Positions 35,801 to 46,204 of a stretch of 61,198 nucleotides of DNA are shown piece by piece. This stretch comes from Gracilinanus agilis (Eukaryota): the NCBI RefSeq assembly GCF_016433145.1, contig NC_058133.1, forward strand, positions 169,785,439 through 169,846,636. The letters are read 5' to 3'. The notes under the pieces are model-generated. The model was given only the letters and a program-made list of their open reading frames with translations, did not search any database and was not told where the DNA came from. The position numbers and the translations under genes were made by a program. The stretch's first letter is position 1. Each line of letters opens with the position of its first letter.

Positions 35801-38800
35801 TGGTCAGAAGGAAGCTTGAGTGTGGTCTTGAATTTGGAAAGCATCAAACTACCTGAATATGTTTTGAATTCAGTCATCACACACCAAAATCTCTTCAGAC
35901 TTTGAGTTTTATTTTCAAATCCTGGCTTTTGTTGGTTGTTTTTCCATTTTTGGTTACTTAACTTTGAGAATGCTATAGGTATCTTAGGGTCAGAGCTAGG
36001 ACCTCAGAGATCATCTGGTCCAATTCCTTTGTTTCCCAGATGAGGAAACTGAGGTCCCAAGAGTTTTCTCTCAGTGGGTAGTGGAGTTAGGTTTTGAATG
36101 TAGGTCATCTGGGTCCAAAACCAAAACATTTCCCACGGTACTTTGCTCACACGACTAGGGGTATACTTGACAAAGCACTATATAAACCAAAAATTCTACC
36201 TTCCAAAATTGGGAATTCTGACCTCTGAGAATCATAATATTCATTCTACCTTCTGTTGGCATGTCAATTACAAATTTATTTGAGCTGTGGAAGTTATGAC
36301 CTAGACTGATTTTCCTGCTTGAAATGTGGTCCTTTGCTTCACTCTCAGGGTTACATTTGTAGATGTTCCTTCCTTTACCTCAGAATTTGATGAATAAACA
36401 CAAAAAGTTATAAGCTCTCAAACCTTAAATTTCAAAAATCCACAAACGTATGTCTATTTTTCCAACAAGTACCAATATTAATCATTTTTAGTACCAATCA
36501 AGCAAATAATCTAAACATTTCCATCTTTAAGACAATTATTGACTACCTTTCTGAGCAAGTCTGTACTAGGCAAATGTGAAGATTTCACAGATCCTTCCTT
36601 ACAAGGAGAACACACTGGACTGCAAAAGATAGCTCGTCTCAAGAGAGAAAAATGTCCCCTCACAAATGAGATTAAGTGCAGTCTTTGAGGAAAACCAGAG
36701 GTCTGATAAATGTTTTTCCATATTTGATAAATGAGATGTCTTTCCATTGTGTAAAGTCATCAACACCCTCAAACCCTTCCTTAAGTTCTCTACAATAGTA
36801 GGTACTTTTGATCTCCTCCAGTCATTATATAACAGGCTGGTGATAATCCCCTCAATCTTAATTTTAACAGGTTGCCTGATTATTATGCAGATTTCCCAGA
36901 CAAGATCAAATATGAATGCAAATTGTTTCTAAGCCAAAGAAGGAGTTTTTGAAGTGCTATCTACCCAATTATAAGATAAGCCATGAAATGAAAAGGTCTG
37001 TCTATACAGTTCCTTTTTTTAAAGACCCACCAGAAGTGTGAAGTCAGGGCTCCATTCCAAAAACCCTTTATATTTATTCATTAACAGTCACAAAGGGGTG
37101 TTTTTTTTCTTATAGCAGAAACCCTACTTTTTTTTTTGGCCATCATTACTGGCTCCTAAATATTTATAGTGACAATGCATTGATTAACACTCTGTTTAAG
37201 TTTCTGAAGGCATATAGCTTTCACTGATAAAATCTTTTAAAATAATCTATAGAGTCTTATCTCCAGGAACTCATCCTCATTTTGAACTCTTTGAAGAAGC
37301 TATCCACCACCATTTTTTTTAAATGATAAAAAAAATATTTTGGCCACTCTGTGGTAGGTGAAGCTGAAAGCCTTGCTTATTTTTGGCCAGTGAGCCCAAT
37401 GGTTCAGAGTGTGTTATATTTAACTAGATCTAAGCACAGCCATGCAGTGCTCCCATGTCAAGTCCTTACAGTTGGATGGCACCGCCCTCCAGACTGCCAG
37501 CCACAGCTTGGACATATCCTTCCACAGCCACTCTCCGGACTTGCATACACAGTCTATGAATAATAAAGAGCAGGTTTTACTTCAGATCTAGGTGGAAATA
37601 TGGATTGTGACTTCCTGGAAATCAGGTGGAAAACCATAATCTCTAATCACATATTCAAGATTTCTTGTTTTCTTCTAGATATAATGTGAGTTTGGGGGAG
37701 TGAAGGCATGATACCTTCACCAATTCTAAAATTACTTCCTTTTCTGAGTTACTAAGCATTGTCAATACAAATAAATTGACTATGCAGAATTTATAGATAG
37801 GGGAAGGAGAAATAAAAAGCATATTTTCCTAGCTTTTAAGTCATTTAACAATACCTTCAAAACGATCAGAAAATAAAGGGGAGGCAGTAGATGCCAAGAT
37901 CTTCAATTGGATTTCCTGAGGAAGTTTCAATAAAAAAGTACAAAACACTAGTATCTATAAAATGATCCAGGTCACACTAAACTGTGAAAACCACCCTCCC
38001 TCCACCAAAAGACAGTGGGTTACTTCTCCATACTTGTTAACCAAAATAAAATACTTTGAACTCCTTTTTCCCTCCAGAAAATCCTCAGCTCTTACCCTGA
38101 GCCACCTTGTAATAATCCACCATATCCTGCATATCCATCAGTAGGGCTGCCTGACAGGCATCACCAGCTGCCTCTGGAGGATTATGACCTACTCTCTCAC
38201 CTGCTTAAGTTTCAATGCTGCCTGGACAGAGGGTCTATTCTCCATCTGCTGGGCCAGTCTTCTGTTTCTGGCACTGGCTAGCTGCTGTTGCTGCTGCATC
38301 GTAGCCCGAATATTCACTGGCATCGGCTGTTTGTTCTTCAGCATATTAGTAAAGCTTCAAGGTCGAACAAAATGGGTGTTTAAATAAAAGCTTTATTACA
38401 AAACATTTATTGGCATTTTCATGGCTCTCTAGACCAGGAGCTCCAGATCCCACGAACTTTATGTAAAATGGTACGCTTAGATCAAGGCTGATGTGGGTCA
38501 AGGACTCCTCTGTTTCCACAAACGTGCAAGAATCAGAAACTTAGAAATGCAGGTAAGTGCAGTACATTCATTCAAAAGTGATAACAAGGGCTTAGGTTAC
38601 TGCTTTTAGAAAAGTGGAAGGAATGAAAAACACGCAATAAGCAGATATGGTGATGACAGGAAACAGAAGATGTTACAAAGAATCAGAAAAAGACAAAACA
38701 AATACCCTGGGGTGGGGTAATCAGGTAAGTAATTTTAGAGGGAACTGGTCCAAGGTATGCCTTATGGGTGAATGTGGAACAGTTACAGTACCCTTCAAAT

Positions 38801-40478
38801 TCCATGGAAATAATGCCTCCATATCAAAGAGGAGTATATCAAGTTTTCTCATTGTCTCTGTCAATCTAGTTACATGTAAAGAACATTTACAAGATTTTAT
38901 AATCAATCTCACCACATGCCACCAACTAAGACAGAATCTAGGGCACATAATGAAATTCTTTTTAGAGGGGAGGGGGAGCCCCTTTGCCTATCATTTAATC
39001 AGGATAGGAAACCCCTCCCCAGTGAGGAAAATTCATTTACCACTACAGAGTGGCACTTGTTCTGAAACTCTGGTCATGAAGATTGCAGAGGCCAATCTAG
39101 CCCAACTGCCTCATTTTACAGATGAGGAACTGGGGTCCAGACTGGTTAATAAATGACTAGCCCAAGGCTACATCCTTTTTAAGTGTCTGAGTTGGGATAT
39201 GAATGAGGTCTGACTTTAAGTCAGGCCCCCTATAAACCTCTCATTTGGGAACCCTCGGAAGTTAAGTGACCAGACTAAGTTCACACAGCCAGTGGCTCTT
39301 TGAACCCAGGTCTTCCTGATTCTGAGGTGGACTTTTCTATCCACCCATACCTGTATGACCCTTCATGCTGAATATTTTTCTTTTTTTCTGGTCTGAGATT
39401 AAGGAGGCGCCACTACCAAAGAAGGCTTCATCCTGCCATAACTTTAAAGTCTTAGTAAGTTGCCTGGGGCATTCAGAAATTAAATTACTTGCCCAGGATT
39501 ATAGTCAGAATATCAGAAGCTGGGCCTGAACTTGGACCTTCCTGACTCTAAAGTCCATTTTCTATCTACTATATGTTTGCATCTCATGGCAAATATTAAG
39601 CTGAAGAAAAACAGTTAAAAAAAATTTCCTACTAGTTTGCCATGTGCTACAACATAATTTACTTTCAATTTAATTAGTGGAACAACATAAAAACTCTCAA
39701 CACAGGTCTTTGTGGTGTTACATTTTAAAGTTTTACTTTCCTGGACTTAAGTGGTATCTCCCTTAATTACCCCAGGTGAGCCTTCTTGAAAAAAATCATG
39801 CATTAGTGCAACAACTAAGAATGTGATCACACTCCAATGAGTCCCATCCATGAAAACTCAATGGAACAGAAGAGAACATTTAACAGAAAAAGAAATAAAA
39901 ACAAAACCTAAAGCAGTGCTGAAAGATGCAGAGATGAAGCAAAGAGGGTGCCTCTTACAAGGTCCAAGAATAGCATTCAAGGGCCTTTGGGCTAAGTTTT
40001 GGCCTGCTACCTGCCTCTTACAGGCCAGACCACAATCTTGTCGGCCTTGGACTGGGCAGCAAGCCTCCTACAGCCAGGGTAACATGCTACCGTGCTGCAG
40101 CATCCCCTATATCAATGTAAAAAACATGAAGAAAAAGGGAGGGTGTGAAGTGTTTTAATTTAAAACACATCCCACCAGATTAACAGGTAAACAGCTACTG
40201 ATAATGAGTTTTGAAACATTGCCCAATTTGTTTTGCGTACCATATATGCAGCAACTTAAGAACAGAGGTCCTTAGCCTTCTGTTGATATTTAAGTTAGCT
40301 TTAACTTAAAAACTGGGCCAGAAACCAAGATGGTTTTTAGTGTATTGGACCCCGGGGCCAATTTAAGTAAAGTTTTCTTATGTAGGAGTTGAAGTTGCTG
40401 TTGGCTGCCTCACCGCTCATTTAGAGACATCTTGGTGGTGCTTTTTAGCACAACTTTCGGAGCTGACTGTGCAGCCAT
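32610..40478 (-). CDS. CHTOP: Chromatin target of PRMT1 (FOP/SRAG; TREX component), 247 aa (248 aa with the NAGNAG Lys)
   Basis: Exons 40414-40478 (65), 38201-38354 (154), 35431-35614/35617 (184/187), 34526-34663 (138), 32610-32812 (203): [73 protein letters not shown](K)[21 protein letters not shown]-rich..[43 protein letters not shown]. Confidence 0.98.
34526..34663 (-). CDS. CHTOP: CHTOP exon 5 (RGG-rich)
   Basis: ctccaag|GTCAAAAC...GGTAGAG|gttagt. Confidence 0.96.
35431..35617 (-). CDS. CHTOP: CHTOP exon 4 (alternative starts 35617 or 35614)
   Basis: tttcag|AAG|AGCTTA...CTTCGAG|gttagt. Confidence 0.96.
38201..38354 (-). CDS. CHTOP: CHTOP exon 3
   Basis: ttgaag|CTTTACT...AAGCAG|gtgaga. 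Confidence 0.96.
40414..40478 (-). CDS. CHTOP: CHTOP exon 2 coding part (exon 40414-40495)
   Basis: tacag|ATTCCCGGGATTTGAAG ATG...GAGCG|gtgagg. Confidence 0.96.
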
Positions 40479-41249
40479 CTTCAAATCCCGGGAATCTGTA
40501 AAGGAAAACAGACAGATTAATCAAACAGAAAGGAGGACATTATCTTTCATCTCTATGAGGGGCAGATACAATCAGCAGTTAGGATAGGTATTATGACTTT
40601 ACTAAGAATTCATTGCTGATTTAAAAAAGAAGATCAAATGAAATAAGCTATGAACAACCAGCACAGCCACATAATAGAAAACAATCCTCCCAACATAAGT
40701 TACCAAGTGAGGCCTGCCTTCTTGCTCCTCCTTCAAGAAGAATCAAGTAGTGGTGGAGCTATTAAGCAGAAGCTCCATCATTTGGCTTTCAACTAGTCTG
40801 ATGCCAGGCTGGATGCTGATTATGACCAAGTTGGGTACTGAACAGACTTTTCTGGGAGAGCAAAGAATTTGCTAGTTGGCAAAGTGCCTTGCCTCTAAGA
40901 GATCTCCCAGGGTGCTCTTTACATTACTGCACCTCGAAGGTTCTGTTTTCCTCAGAAACCCAAAGATCTTATTTTCTTTTGTCTCCAAGGAGCACCTGGT
41001 ACCCCCAAACCAACCATCTATTCAAATTCAATTAATATTTGTGAACCTACCACTCTGTATACACATCGTGCCCCTTGACTCTTCTCAGAAGTTTGGGGCC
41101 TAAACCTTTCACCTCTCTTTTCTCTTCTCACCTCAGTCTCTCCTCCAATTCCCTGCCCCTGAGACCCTTTCTCTCAAGTCTCCTCGCCCAAACCCCGTCA
41201 CTCCCTAGATGCTCCTCCCTCTACTTCTCCTATGCCTCTCGGGATTCCC

Positions 41250-42110
41250 ACCTCAAACGCTCTCCTCCCTCGTTCTCTCCTTCGCGAGCCTGGTTCCCCA
41301 CCCCCCCGCAGCGCTACAGTCCCCGTCACGTGCTAGGCGAACCCCCATCTCCCGCCCCGCATTCTCTTCCCCATCCCCGCTTTGGTCGTTCCCTCTCTTT
41401 CCTCTGCCTCACGCCCTCCTCTTCGCGTCCCCCCAAAAGACTTTCTTTCGCACACACCGCTCCCCCCCCAACCCGGGCCCCCGGTCCGGCCGCGCACGCG
41501 CACACGCACCAAAGGACACGGACGCCAGCGCTCCGCCGGGGGCCGCCGCTGCCACTGCGGTTGCGGTTGTGGGGCCGGAGACCGGCCGCGCTGGGCTTTT
41601 CTGGGGAGGGTGAAGGCGCTGGGCTGAGCCGAAGGATAGTTAGTCACTTGTGTGACGGGTTGGCTGTTGGGTCCTCGAGTCCGTTCTTCTCTCAATCCGC
41701 CCTCCCGCCAGCTGCCGCGACCAACTCTCGCTTGACGACCCGAACAAAATGGCCGCCAAGCTCAGAGCCGAACGGCACTGGCCAAAATGGCGCCGGCGCG
41801 TTGGCGTTGACGTGAGACTCGCGCGCGTCGCGAGGGGCGGGGCTTGTGTTGGGCCCCGCCCTCCTCAGAAGTTAGTAACACGTGCGTTCCCTGGGTGAGG
41901 ACGTTTGAGTGAATGCTTTGTGCTTTTGTATACGTTTACGGGTATCCCCAACGGACATTTATGCTGTACGCCGGAGGACGTTTGCCTTTCAGACCCAGCA
42001 GTCCTGGGCTCTGACTGGCTCTTGCTCCTGGGGCATTCCCAGCCCCTCTGACTCAGAGTGAGACCAGGTCGCAGCGGTAAATCTGGGTACTCTAATGCCG
42101 CATCCCCTCC
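41250..42110. promoter_or_regulatory. CHTOP: CHTOP CpG-island promoter (probably bidirectional)
   Basis: CpG-dense; two YY1 motifs CAAAATGGC (41745-41757, 41783-41794), TGACGTGA 41808-41815, TCGCGA 41828-41833, GC boxes 41834-41842 and 41854-41861. Confidence 0.85.
41648..41790 (-). other. CHTOP: Putative non-coding exon 1 of CHTOP
   Basis: Within the CpG island; candidate donor ACAA|gtgact at 41647; candidate starts at YY1/initiator GCCATTTT (A at 41750 or 41788). Confidence 0.5.
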
Positions 42111-42299
42111 GGGTCCCACTGCCTATCCCAGCACCCAGTTCTCTTGTTACTGGTCCTGTTCCTTGTGCCCCTCCAGGCTGTAACAGGAGATCTTAAACTG
42201 GAACCAGGACCAAATTGAGGTTTAATCCAAAAGGTGTAGTGGTGGTGGCTATGATAGTTGCACTCTCAAACAGGCAGGCTCTTAAACCCCGCCCCCCTC

Positions 42300-42490
42300 C
42301 CCCCCAACAAAAACTCTCCTTCCCTTCTGTCTTAGAATCTCTACTGTGTATTGGTTCCAATATTGGCACAGGCAGTGAGGGTTAAGTGACTTGCCCAGGG
42401 TCACCCAGCTAGGAAGTGTCTTAAGTTCAGATTTGAACCCAGTATCTCCTGTCTCTAGGCCTGGCTCTCTAATCTGCTGAGCTACACCCT
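42300..42490 (-). mobile_element. SINE1_Mdo-type SINE
   Basis: CCCTTCTGTCTTAGAATC..GTGACTTGCCCAGGGTCAC body. Confidence 0.8.
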
Positions 42491-43126
42491 CAGGTGGGCT
42501 CTTAACCTGGGGTCCATGAACTTGCTTTTTAAAAAATATTTTTATAACTGTTAAAACATATTTGGTTTATTTTGTAATCTCATGTATTTTACGCACTTAA
42601 AAAGAAAAGGTCCAATCAATCAATAAGTACCTGTTAAGTTGCCAGACCTTTCTATGACACAGGAACTCTTGGATTAAAATGATTTTTAAAGGCTTAGTTG
42701 TAGGTCCTATTATCCTAAATAAGTTTTGGACCTCTACCCTTCCTGAGCTTCTTAAAGGGATAACAACTTTACTTCTTTAACACTTTAGACTTGATTACAA
42801 TTTCGTGAGTTGATCTGGGATCTTATCAGCCCTCTTTACCTGTCTTCTAGATTCTCAGTCCTTTTCAGAAAGAGGGTTCTTCCTCTTCCATCCTTTCAAA
42901 GGGAAAAAGCAAGGCACACTGGGGTTGTCCTGTACATCTCTACCTCTTTCCCCCTATTGATCTGGAATCCCAGATGCCCAATCTCCAGACCCCCATAGCA
43001 TCTTGGAAACAGGGACTTTCTGCAGCTCAAAACCAATTCCAATATTCACCCTCTCAAGGAGAGATAGCACCTCTTCTCCACTAAACCACAAAGGAGACAG
43101 ACACAGCAACTATTGGGAGAGGAGCC

Positions 43127-43132
43127 TTTAAT
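43127..43132 (-). terminator. S100A1: S100A1 poly(A) signal (ATTAAA)
   Basis: TTTAAT on +, ~155 nt after the stop. Confidence 0.6.
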
Positions 43133-43287
43133 GAATAATGGAGCAGTACAGCTCAAATGCTATGGCCAAGCCTGGGACATGAATTGGGGGAGTCTGAGGG
43201 TTAGAGGGAGGGCCATGTGGAGAGTGATGATGGGAATGAGGGAGAGGGAAGGGGCTTATTGGTGCTGGCCAGGGCTGGGCTGCTTGC

Positions 43288-43431
43288 TCAACTGTTCTCC
43301 CAGAAGAAGTTGTTGCAGGCCACAGTGAGTGCAGCCACCAGCACCACATACTCCTGGAAGTCAACTTCACCATCACCGTTCTCATCCAACTCCTTCATCA
43401 CTTTGTCCACTGCATCGGCATCCTTCTGGGT
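43288..43431 (-). CDS. S100A1: S100A1 exon 3 coding part
   Basis: ttccag|ACCCAGAAG...AACAGTTGA. Confidence 0.97.
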   Translation of the reverse strand, partial: TQKDADAVDKVMKELDENGDGEVDFQEYVVLVAALTVACNNFFWENS

Positions 43432-44415
43432 CTGGAATATGAGTAAAGTAGGGGATCTGTGTGATAGAAGACTGGGAAGATTTTAGGAGGTATTGAAAAA
43501 TTGAGAAGGAACATGACTGGGGAACTTGGGTAGGACTATGGAGGATAATGAAGAAGAACATGAAAGAAACAGTAAAGACAGGTGTACAGAAAATTAGAGG
43601 GCAAGGGATGGGGCGATGTGGGAGAAGGTAAGAGGGCTGTGAGTGGGATGGGAAGGGAGAACTGGTCTGGACTGGAACTTAGACTATTTTCTTTTTTTCT
43701 TCCTTCCTTCCTTCCTTCCTTCCTTCCTTCCTACCTTCCTTCTTTTCTATCTTAGAATGAATATTGTGTATTGGTTCTAAGGCAAAAGTCTGGTAAAGGT
43801 GAAGCAGTGGGGGTTAAATGACTTGCTCAGGGTCATACAACTAGGAAATCTGAGGTTGGATTTGAAGCCAGGACCTCAGTTGTCTAGGCTTGGCTCTCAA
43901 TCCACTGAGCCACCTTACTGCTCCCTTTGTATCCTTCTTCATGTATTTAACAGGTCCCCTCAGTCAGTTTAAGGAGTGTGAGCTCCTTAAGAACAGGGCA
44001 AAGGGATTTATCTTTAGAGTCCCCAGTGCCCATCAGTGTTTTGCATATGATAGGCCTTTAATAAATGTTTATTGATCTAAATTAATTAGGAGACTGGGAA
44101 ACCTGCAAGGGATGGAGGAGGGAATTGGGATAGGGATTGGGAACCTGATAGAAGAGAGATGAAGTCCCTAGGAAAGGTGACTATTTCCCATTCAATCTGA
44201 ATCTGGGGGCTAGCTCCCAGACCAGGAGCTCAAGGGTACTCCCCCACCTCCTCATCCCCCAAATAAATACTCACATCCAGGAAGCCAGAAAGCTCAGCTT
44301 GCAGTAGCTCCTTCAGCTCCTTCTTGCTCAGTTTATACTTATCTCCTTCCTTGCCAGAGTGGGCGTGGAACACATTGATGAGGGATTCCATGGCAGTCTC
44401 CAGCTCCGAGCCCAT
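43288..44415 (-). CDS. S100A1: Protein S100-A1, 94 aa
   Basis: Exons 44275-44415 (141) + 43288-43431 (144): [47 protein letters not shown]|[47 protein letters not shown]; pseudo-EF and canonical EF hands. Confidence 0.98.
43699..43925 (-). mobile_element. SINE1-type SINE whose tail expanded into (TTCC)n (43699-43742)
   Basis: Direct reading. Confidence 0.85.
44275..44415 (-). CDS. S100A1: S100A1 exon 2 coding part (exon starts ~44428)
   Basis: GTGTATTGCAGCC ATG ... CTGGAT|gtgagt. Confidence 0.97.
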
Positions 44416-46204
44416 GGCTGCAATACACCTACCTCCCCCCACCAACCCCTCACCAGGTCAGACCAGAGTGAAGTTGGGATAGGGGGCAGGGATCAGGGCT
44501 CAGTGCTGCCTGAAAACAGGGAGCCCTGGGCTCCTAAAGCCCTTGTATTATAATGCATTTATAGTTCATTTAGATTCCATCCTTCATTTTGTAGATTCCA
44601 TCCTCTAGGACCATATTTAATATTATTAATCATTTATCCTTTCAATTGACATTTTACTTTCATTTATTATTCTTGGTTAGCAGAAGCCAAAGAACTGATT
44701 AATTCAGCCTTACTATTTTTTAAAGTACCATAGGCATCAGACCTGTAAGGGATCTTAGGGATGGAGTCCTATTTCCTAATTTTACAGATGAATAAACTGA
44801 GGACTAAAGAAATGATTTGCCCAAGATAATATAGTAGGGAGTTGAGACTAGGATTCAGATTTCCCTGGCATTTTTCTAGCAAATTTATGGTGTCTATCAC
44901 AATGGTCCAAAAACTAGATGTAAAAGTTCAGAGAAAAGGAGGGAGGTTAAAGGATCAGGGCTAGGGAATTACTGGAAGGAAAGAGACAAAGGGCAGGAGA
45001 TAGGGATAAAGCAGGGAAAAGGTGGGAAGCTGGAGGGTAGGAGATAAGGGACCTCTGTAGTGAAAGGGGGCATTGTAGGTACAAGAAGAGAGAGGGCTAA
45101 AAATGGAGATTGCTGGGCAGCATCAGGGAACAAGAGAGATTCAATGGTAGATGGGCAAGTAAGGGCATCTTACTCACTAGGCAGCTGCCCCCAGGAATGA
45201 GGGAATGGACAAGTCTTTCTCCTGTGCTATTTTTATCATAGGCCCAGCCTGTCCTGCCCAGGGGAGGGTGTCTCTTTAGTAACTACCCCTGTTTGCCCTC
45301 TCCATGAAGAGAACAAAGAAGCCTTTCCTAGAGTTAAAAGGGGAAATTTGAAGGATCCTTGCCACTGCTGCAGTGCTATACCCCTGCTTTTTCCAGCTTG
45401 TGTTTGATACTCCATCTTCAATGTTCCATCTCCCCAGGGGTTCTTAGCCCCCTACTCCCATCCCTCTGACTTCTCTAATATCCTCCTTCCTTTTAGTTCC
45501 TTTGCCCCTTGCCTGCACTGTCTATGCCTGAGAATCCGTCAGACTGGTCCCTCTTGAGAATCAACTCTTTCTAATCAGACATGGATGGTGAGAATGGAGA
45601 AAGGAATGTTTGATCCTTATCCCCCAGAACTGGGCTCTAAGGTGTGGTGGTGGTGGTGAAACTAAAAGACAGAGAACAAACTCCTTTCCCCCTAGAGAAG
45701 AGGGGGAGTAGATGAGAGTCTAGTTGGGGGTGATCAGAAATGAAGAGGAATATAGTATGCTTGAGGTTCCCTTGAGGCAAGGGGCAAGGAAATGGAGGGA
45801 AGGAAGGAGGATGAAGTGTGTGAGGTTATAGTGGGATATGGCATTGTTGAGAGGGGCTTCAAAACCCAGGTTACTGCTTTCCTCTGCTCTGGGAGTAAAC
45901 AGCACCCTTCTCCCCCTCCCATTCACCCCCATCCTCAGAGGGGATCTCAGGTGTCCTAGATCAGGTATCTCTCACCTTTTTCCCCAGGACTAAGGGGGAT
46001 GGACAATGGGTCCTATCGGGTGACACTCCAGCTCCTCAATGGATCCCTTGTGAGTGTCACCTGAACTTTGGACATGAGAAGTGGTTGTCACAGAGACCAA
46101 GGAGGGGGGAGGGGGTGTGGAATGGGAACCTGAAGCCTGGGTCTGATGGGGGGATAAGGGAAGGGGGGGCTGGCATCTCCTATTACCAGCCCATCACTGA
46201 TCAC

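Noticed and set aside
38647-39156. 169-aa plus-strand ORF in CHTOP intron 2
   Set aside because: No recognisable domain; its end runs into a MIR; no supporting gene structure.
31100-41650. Intronic snoRNA in CHTOP or ILF2
   Set aside because: No convincing C/D box pair with terminal stem or H/ACA double hairpin seen by eye; an Infernal/Rfam scan is needed to exclude one.
41075-41815. 246-aa and overlapping 134/120-aa ORFs at the CHTOP CpG island
   Set aside because: Low-complexity Ser/Pro/Arg translations, no recognisable domain; the ATGs at 41749 and 41787 are parts of YY1 motifs.
40414-44415. S100A1-CHTOP read-through fusion protein
   Set aside because: Splicing S100A1 exon 2 (phase 0) to CHTOP exon 2 reads ATT CCC GGG ATT TGA, an immediate stop, so no in-frame fusion.
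45170-45240. Alternative S100A1 first exon (GATAAAAA box, CTA|GTGAGT donor)
   Set aside because: Plausible signals but no independent support; the 46205-46300 candidate resembles the human exon better. Unresolved without 5' data.
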